From Candidatus Multivorans sp. (GTDB lineage Bacteria; Acidobacteriota; Thermoanaerobaculia; Multivoradales; Multivoraceae): DNA of 64,000 nt. The DNA lies in contig OZ251997.1 in the NCBI GenBank assembly GCA_965247095.1, positions 1,984,001 through 2,048,000 of the forward strand. The letters run 5' to 3'. This document shows, piece by piece, positions 59,280-64,000 of this stretch (its first letter is position 1; each line of letters opens with the position of its first letter). Below the pieces are notes generated by a model. It searched no databases and was not told the origin of the DNA. It was given only the letters and a program-made list of their open reading frames with translations. A program made the translations under genes and the position numbers.

Positions 59280-60551
59280 TCAGGCGCTCCGGCGGCGGCT
59301 GGGATCGGACTCCCGGGCGATGAGTTCGAAGAGTCTGGCGCGGGCCTGCTTGAGGGCGATCGCGGCGTCGAGGTCGCTCATGGTCCTGGCCTGGGCTTCG
59401 AGAGAGGAGATGGTGACGCCGGGGCGGAGGTGCTGGTCCACGTCGGGCAGGGGCTTCAGCTTCTCGAGCGGGGTCATGGTGTCCTGATAGCGGTAGCGCT
59501 TCCTGACGCGGCGTTTGCCGTCGGCGATCTCGGTGGCGAACAGGCATGGGCGGTGGAAGTTGAGGAAGGGCAAGAGCACGTCGCGGGCGAAGGCGTTGAC
59601 TTCGCGGGCGAAGAGCTTGGGGATGTGTCCGTAGCCGAAGTGGCGTCGGATCACGTTGCCGTTCTTGGATTCGACCAGCGCGTTGTCGTTGCTGTGCCGG
59701 GGGCGGGACTTGGTGAACTCGGGAATGTGGAGCCTGCTCAGCAGTTCGGCCACCTTGTGGTTGATGTACTCGGAGCCGTTGTCGGCGTGAAAGCCCAGGA
59801 CCTTGAAGGGACAGGACGCGATGATCTGTCTCAGCACCGGCACGAGACAACGCTCCGAGATGGCGCGCACCGTCGCCACATGCTCCCATTGCGTGACCTC
59901 GTCCACGACGTTGACGTGGTACACGCCCTTTTCGCCGTCCCGGTCTCCCTGGTGCACCGTGTCGACGCGCAGGAAGCCCGGCCGACCGCGCGGCTGGGGC
60001 TTGCGCCGTTCGCCAATCTTTGCCGCGGTGGCCCGCGTCTTCTGGAACGTCGTGCGTCGGCGCCGGTAGGCGGCGTGTTTGCGCAGATTGTAGAACTGGC
60101 CGTTCGAGATTCCGGCCAGACGCGCGAAGCGGTCGTCGCCGTACTCCTCGAACATCCGCCTCATGACGGCGCGCGTGCTGTGCCCGCAAAGCTGGCCCAG
60201 CGCCGCGTCGACTTCGGCCAGGAGCCCGATGTCGGCCTTCGTGTACCGGCGCTTGAAGGCGTGAGCCGGCGCACCGCGGCGGTCCCGGATGCGGCCGGTC
60301 TCCCGATGCTGCCGGATCAGCCGCGTCACCTGCGACTCGGACTTCCCGGTCATCTTCACCAGGTAGGCCCGGATCACGCCCTTGTCGCACCGCGGAAGCG
60401 ACCGGTAGCGGAACCTGCCAAGAGTCTCGCGCACGAACTCGTACGTCGAGCCGCGATCCGCCAGCACGAAGTCCACCGCCTCGTTGCCCGACAGGAAACT
60501 GCGAATCTCGCCAAGTGTCTGAAGTCGGCGTGTCTGGAGCGTCACGATCAT
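59280..60551 (-). CDS. integrase-core (rve) DDE transposase
   Basis: Motifs PGFLRVDTVHQGD, FHADNGSEYIN and SRPRHSNDNALVESKN. Confidence 0.9.
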   Translation of the reverse strand: MIVTLQTRRLQTLGEIRSFLSGNEAVDFVLADRGSTYEFVRETLGRFRYRSLPRCDKGVIRAYLVKMTGKSESQVTRLIRQHRETGRIRDRRGAPAHAFKRRYTKADIGLLAEVDAALGQLCGHSTRAVMRRMFEEYGDDRFARLAGISNGQFYNLRKHAAYRRRRTTFQKTRATAAKIGERRKPQPRGRPGFLRVDTVHQGDRDGEKGVYHVNVVDEVTQWEHVATVRAISERCLVPVLRQIIASCPFKVLGFHADNGSEYINHKVAELLSRLHIPEFTKSRPRHSNDNALVESKNGNVIRRHFGYGHIPKLFAREVNAFARDVLLPFLNFHRPCLFATEIADGKRRVRKRYRYQDTMTPLEKLKPLPDVDQHLRPGVTISSLEAQARTMSDLDAAIALKQARARLFELIARESDPSRRRSA

Positions 60552-60712
60552 CCTCCGATGATCCCTGACCTCACCCGCTCACGCTCACCTCTCGTTGGAT
60601 TGACGCCACCCGCTCACGCTCACTTCTCGCTGGACAGCGCTGGACAGCAGCTGGACAGCTCTTCGGCTTGACCACCGGCGCTAGGCACGCTAGCATGACC
60701 CAAAGTCGCAAC

Positions 60713-60757
60713 CAGGGGTTCCCCACACAGGGGTTCCCCACACAGGGGTTCCCCACA
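60713..60757 (+). repeat. 3 x 15-bp tandem repeat CAGGGGTTCCCCACA immediately upstream of an RBS
   Basis: Exact copies at 60713, 60728 and 60743; AAGGAG at 60761 and ATG at 60774. Confidence 0.9.
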
Positions 60758-60773
60758 CGGAAGGAGCCCCTAC

Positions 60774-61070
60774 ATGAACCACTCAAGTAGCCGAACGAGG
60801 ATTACCCGCTCGTTCCAGGTCATTCTATTCGCCATCGTCGCGTTCGCCTTGCTAAGCGCTGAGGTCTGCCTTCCAGGGGGGTGCGGGACTACCACGATCG
60901 TCGACATGGAGGACGGAGCACTCGTGGGGAAGATCTGGTGCAACGGCGTAGAGCCCAACGGGGACAGGACCAACTTCTTTGACATGTGCGAGGGTGTCAC
61001 TCACCAGTCAGGTCTCCGCATTGAATGCGGTAGCGACGTGGTTGACTGCCCTGGCAGCCCTTGCAACTAG
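60774..61070 (+). CDS. small secreted cysteine-rich protein
   Basis: RBS AAGGAG, hydrophobic signal ILFAIVAFALLSA, and 7 Cys. Confidence 0.7.
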   Translation: MNHSSSRTRITRSFQVILFAIVAFALLSAEVCLPGGCGTTTIVDMEDGALVGKIWCNGVEPNGDRTNFFDMCEGVTHQSGLRIECGSDVVDCPGSPCN

Positions 61071-64000
61071 ATGCCCTCGGGCTCTGTCCCCCTGTCACCA
61101 CGCTGCCCGCGTGGACAGCTTCATCGGTGGCTTTCTCGCCTATGCTTCCTTCTGTTGGCGCCAACCGCATTCGCTGCGGAGTTGAGTCTTCGAGTAGAGG
61201 ACGGTGGGGCACCTGGGGCCACGGTTAGCGTCTCGCTGATCGAAACCTGTACTTCCTACGCGTGCGGGCGTGCTCTTCTCTCGCAAGAAGCGCCACCGTC
61301 GTCAGCGCTGGCCCCGTCCTTCGAGGATTCCGGCGGCGAAGCCCGTGTTGTTCGAATCTCCACGCCCGAGGACAGAGACGCATGGTGGGTCGTCGTCGAG
61401 GCGGTAGACAGCCTGCCGCTCGCGCTGCTGTGGCGGCCGACGACGACGCACGGCTACTTGCCAGCGGTCCCCCGCATCGCGAAGGCGCCCTGCCGCGTCG
61501 TGGTAATGGACGAGCATGGCGCCGCCATTCCGGGAGCACACGTGGTCCCGGTCGTCCGGGAGCTTCCTTCCGCGCTCAAGACGACACGTAAGGACCGCCC
61601 AGCGGTGTTCCCAGGGTGGCGGCCGTGGCTATCACCGAGCCGCACCGATGGCACGGGCCGGGCCATGCTCGAGGTTCCCGCTGGAGGCGCCGTCGATCTC
61701 CACGTCGCGGCGGCGGGGTATCGAAGCGGCGCGGCGCGATGCCGCCCGAACGCGGTCATTCCATTTTCCCTTGATCCCACATTGATGAAGGCCTTGCGCC
61801 TCGAGGATCTGAAGGGACGCATCCTGCCGGGCGCACTGGCGCGCGACGGTCTCGGCCTACCCGTCGCCCTTGGCGACGCCCAGGGGACGATCGAACTCGA
61901 TCTTGCAACCGTCGAGGCTGCGGCTCGCGGTGCCGGGCGGTTCTGGTTCGAGACCGCGACTGGCGCGGTCTACGAACCGGCTGAGCTCCGGGCTTCGGAT
62001 GGCGCGGCCGTTCTCATTGTCTCTGAACGGTCCAGCCTGCGGTCGGGCACGGTCAGCCTCCAAGCCGTCGAAACCGTAGCCGGCACGGAAACCGCCCAAG
62101 CGTGGACGTGGCGCGAACCGAACTGGCCGTGGCCCGCTGTCGAGCCCCGCGCCGCGACGCCGCTGGTCGAGATCGAGGGTGGTGCCTACGCCGTCGTCGC
62201 CCTGCCAGGCGAGCGTCTATGGTTCGTGGCACCGGAGGCTGCCCATGCCGTCTGCGAAGACCCGGATCGTAGCGCTCGCCGAGCAGATTCGCGTAACGAA
62301 GGCGCCTGCCCAACGCTAGAACCGGCGCCACGAATCGAAGGCGTCGTGCTGGACGAAGACGGTACGCCAATCCCGGACGCGGAAATCCGAATCGACTGGA
62401 CTGCCGGGCGGGCGGGCCCCACCATGGTGCGGGACAGCGGGGCCCGGGGACGGTTGGCAACTGCTCTGATGCGATCCGACCCGAATGGGCGATTCGCCGG
62501 CCGTCATGTGCCGCTCGATGTGAGTACTTCCAGGCCTGGCAACTCGTCCTCGCAACGTCGGGTTCGGGTGGACCGACCACCGTATCTGCCGATCGACAAC
62601 CGAGGCCTCTGGGAGTTCGCCACAGACCGAGGCGGCTACGAGATCACACTCGTGCGGGGAGCACGGATCGTGGGACGTGTCGTTGACGCCTTGACTTCCG
62701 AGCCCGTTGCCGACGCGGACGTCGCAGTCGGCCAGTTCGCGGGCCGCGGCAGCCGTTCGGTGGTGCTCGGTCCTCTCAACGTTACAACAGGACGATACGG
62801 GAACCGCGTGAGGACGGCACGGACCGACTCCGGCGGCGCATTCGAGCTAACGACGTGGCCAGGGCTCCAGGATCTTCTCGTGCGAGCCCCCGGACGGGCG
62901 CTCTTCATGCAGCCTGGTCTTTCGGTGCTACCCGTAGGCCAGGATCTGGGCGATATCCGGCTTGATCGAGAGCTTCAGATCCGGGGCATCGTCCTGGACC
63001 GGGACGGCATTCCCGTGCCGAACGCAACAGTCTGGGCCGCCGGTTCGAACACTTCTGACGCTCTTTCCAGGCCTTCGACCGAGGCCGGCCCACGGTCCGG
63101 CATCGCTGCCCAATTCGATACGGATCGGCACGGCCGCTTCTTCGTGCCCGGTCTGCCGCGGAGATCCACTGTTGATCTTGAGATCTCGGCACCCGGGTTC
63201 GCCACCCAGCACCGGTTGGAAGTGTCTCCGACGGAGTCAGCGGCCATCGAGATCATGCTCGAACCCGAAGCCGTGATCGCAGGCCGCGTTACGTTGCATG
63301 GCCAGGGCATAGCGACCCAGGTCAGTGTCTTTGACGAAGCAGGTAGCAACACTTCCTGGTCGACTGACGAAGGCGGTCGGTTCCGCACCTCCGGTTTGGC
63401 TCAGGGGGAATACAACCTCGTGGCGTACCCTCCCGGCGCCGGGACGTTCGTAGTGGTCGACGATTCCAAGGGGCCGCCGGTCGAGAATCGGTACACGTTG
63501 CTTTCGGACGGGCCCGGGGAAGAAACACGGCTCTCTGTTCGGGCGGACTCTGGCGAGACGGTCGGGGTGGAGATAGAACTGGGGCTCGGCGAGCGGCGGT
63601 TGTTCGGGCGGGTTTCGGAACGGGGCGCCGGGCTTCCCGGTGTTGCGATTCGCGTTGAACGCCGCAGCGCTACGGTGACCGACGGGGACGGTCGTTACTC
63701 GATCGAGGGCTTGCCTTCCGGCTTGGCTTGGGTCACGGCTGATCGGGGCAGCGGTGGCGGCTCCGGTGGAGATATAGACATCCTGCGGCAGACAGTCGCT
63801 ATCGATTCGGAGTCGAAGCGTCTCGACTTCGACTTCAGCGTTTTCGAGGTTGCTGGTCAGGCCGTCCTGGGTAACGGATCGCCTGCCGCAGGGATCGAGA
63901 TTTCTTTTGCTCGGATTGACGGACGTTCGCCCTACGGTCAAGGGACTACTGCGCGCGGGGACGGGTCGTTCGACCTGGAACTGGCGGCAGGCGACTACCA
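61071..64000 (+). CDS. large exported protein with repeated carboxypeptidase-regulatory-like (prealbumin-like) domains, runs off the window end
   Basis: Manual translation: ATG directly after the previous TAG, signal LCFLLLAPTAFA, repeats GVVLDEDGTPIPDA / GRVVDALTSEPVADA / GIVLDRDGIPVPNA / TDGDGRYSIEGL. Frame is consistent to the window end. Confidence 0.85.
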   Translation, partial: MPSGSVPLSPRCPRGQLHRWLSRLCFLLLAPTAFAAELSLRVEDGGAPGATVSVSLIETCTSYACGRALLSQEAPPSSALAPSFEDSGGEARVVRISTPEDRDAWWVVVEAVDSLPLALLWRPTTTHGYLPAVPRIAKAPCRVVVMDEHGAAIPGAHVVPVVRELPSALKTTRKDRPAVFPGWRPWLSPSRTDGTGRAMLEVPAGGAVDLHVAAAGYRSGAARCRPNAVIPFSLDPTLMKALRLEDLKGRILPGALARDGLGLPVALGDAQGTIELDLATVEAAARGAGRFWFETATGAVYEPAELRASDGAAVLIVSERSSLRSGTVSLQAVETVAGTETAQAWTWREPNWPWPAVEPRAATPLVEIEGGAYAVVALPGERLWFVAPEAAHAVCEDPDRSARRADSRNEGACPTLEPAPRIEGVVLDEDGTPIPDAEIRIDWTAGRAGPTMVRDSGARGRLATALMRSDPNGRFAGRHVPLDVSTSRPGNSSSQRRVRVDRPPYLPIDNRGLWEFATDRGGYEITLVRGARIVGRVVDALTSEPVADADVAVGQFAGRGSRSVVLGPLNVTTGRYGNRVRTARTDSGGAFELTTWPGLQDLLVRAPGRALFMQPGLSVLPVGQDLGDIRLDRELQIRGIVLDRDGIPVPNATVWAAGSNTSDALSRPSTEAGPRSGIAAQFDTDRHGRFFVPGLPRRSTVDLEISAPGFATQHRLEVSPTESAAIEIMLEPEAVIAGRVTLHGQGIATQVSVFDEAGSNTSWSTDEGGRFRTSGLAQGEYNLVAYPPGAGTFVVVDDSKGPPVENRYTLLSDGPGEETRLSVRADSGETVGVEIELGLGERRLFGRVSERGAGLPGVAIRVERRSATVTDGDGRYSIEGLPSGLAWVTADRGSGGGSGGDIDILRQTVAIDSESKRLDFDFSVFEVAGQAVLGNGSPAAGIEISFARIDGRSPYGQGTTARGDGSFDLELAAGDY

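Larger units (their letters stand above)
59064..60660 (-). mobile_element. IS with rve/integrase-type DDE transposase (IS481/ISNCY-like)
   Basis: CTTCGGC direct repeat at 59057-59063 and 60661-60667. Imperfect inverted subterminal motif CACGCTCAyyTCTC..TGGA (one copy left, two right). Termini AG...CT. Confidence 0.75.

Noticed and set aside
60713-60757. CRISPR array
   Set aside because: Repeats are 15 bp and contiguous, with no spacers and no cas genes.

Overview
High-GC bacterial chromosomal window, most likely from an Acidobacteriota (Thermoanaerobaculia/Holophagae-like) genome, possibly host- or sponge-associated. This taxonomy is an inference from a lineage-typical C-terminal domain on a surface protein and from the carboxypeptidase-regulatory-domain giant. 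Housekeeping and metabolic genes include pheST, rsmE, aroC, murA, pdxH, hisN, deoC with two aldehyde dehydrogenases, a potABCD-like ABC transporter, boxCB, lhr and an mrpD-like gene. Three IS elements have resolvable ends and target duplications (IS630, IS4, and an rve/ISNCY-like element). There are also several decayed defence loci (AAA-ATPase/DUF4276-like, XamI-type R-M, an orphan MTase with a probable REase stub, HEPN-like) and REP-like palindromes. The top candidate for an undescribed system is a MamK-type actin translationally coupled to a membrane-anchored peptidoglycan amidase, with no magnetosome genes nearby (978-3097). The second candidate is an operon of two paralogous QueG/reductive-dehalogenase-like 9-Cys Fe-S proteins, a small HTH protein and a luciferase-like monooxygenase (24165-27307). 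All family calls come from motif recognition by eye; no searches were run.
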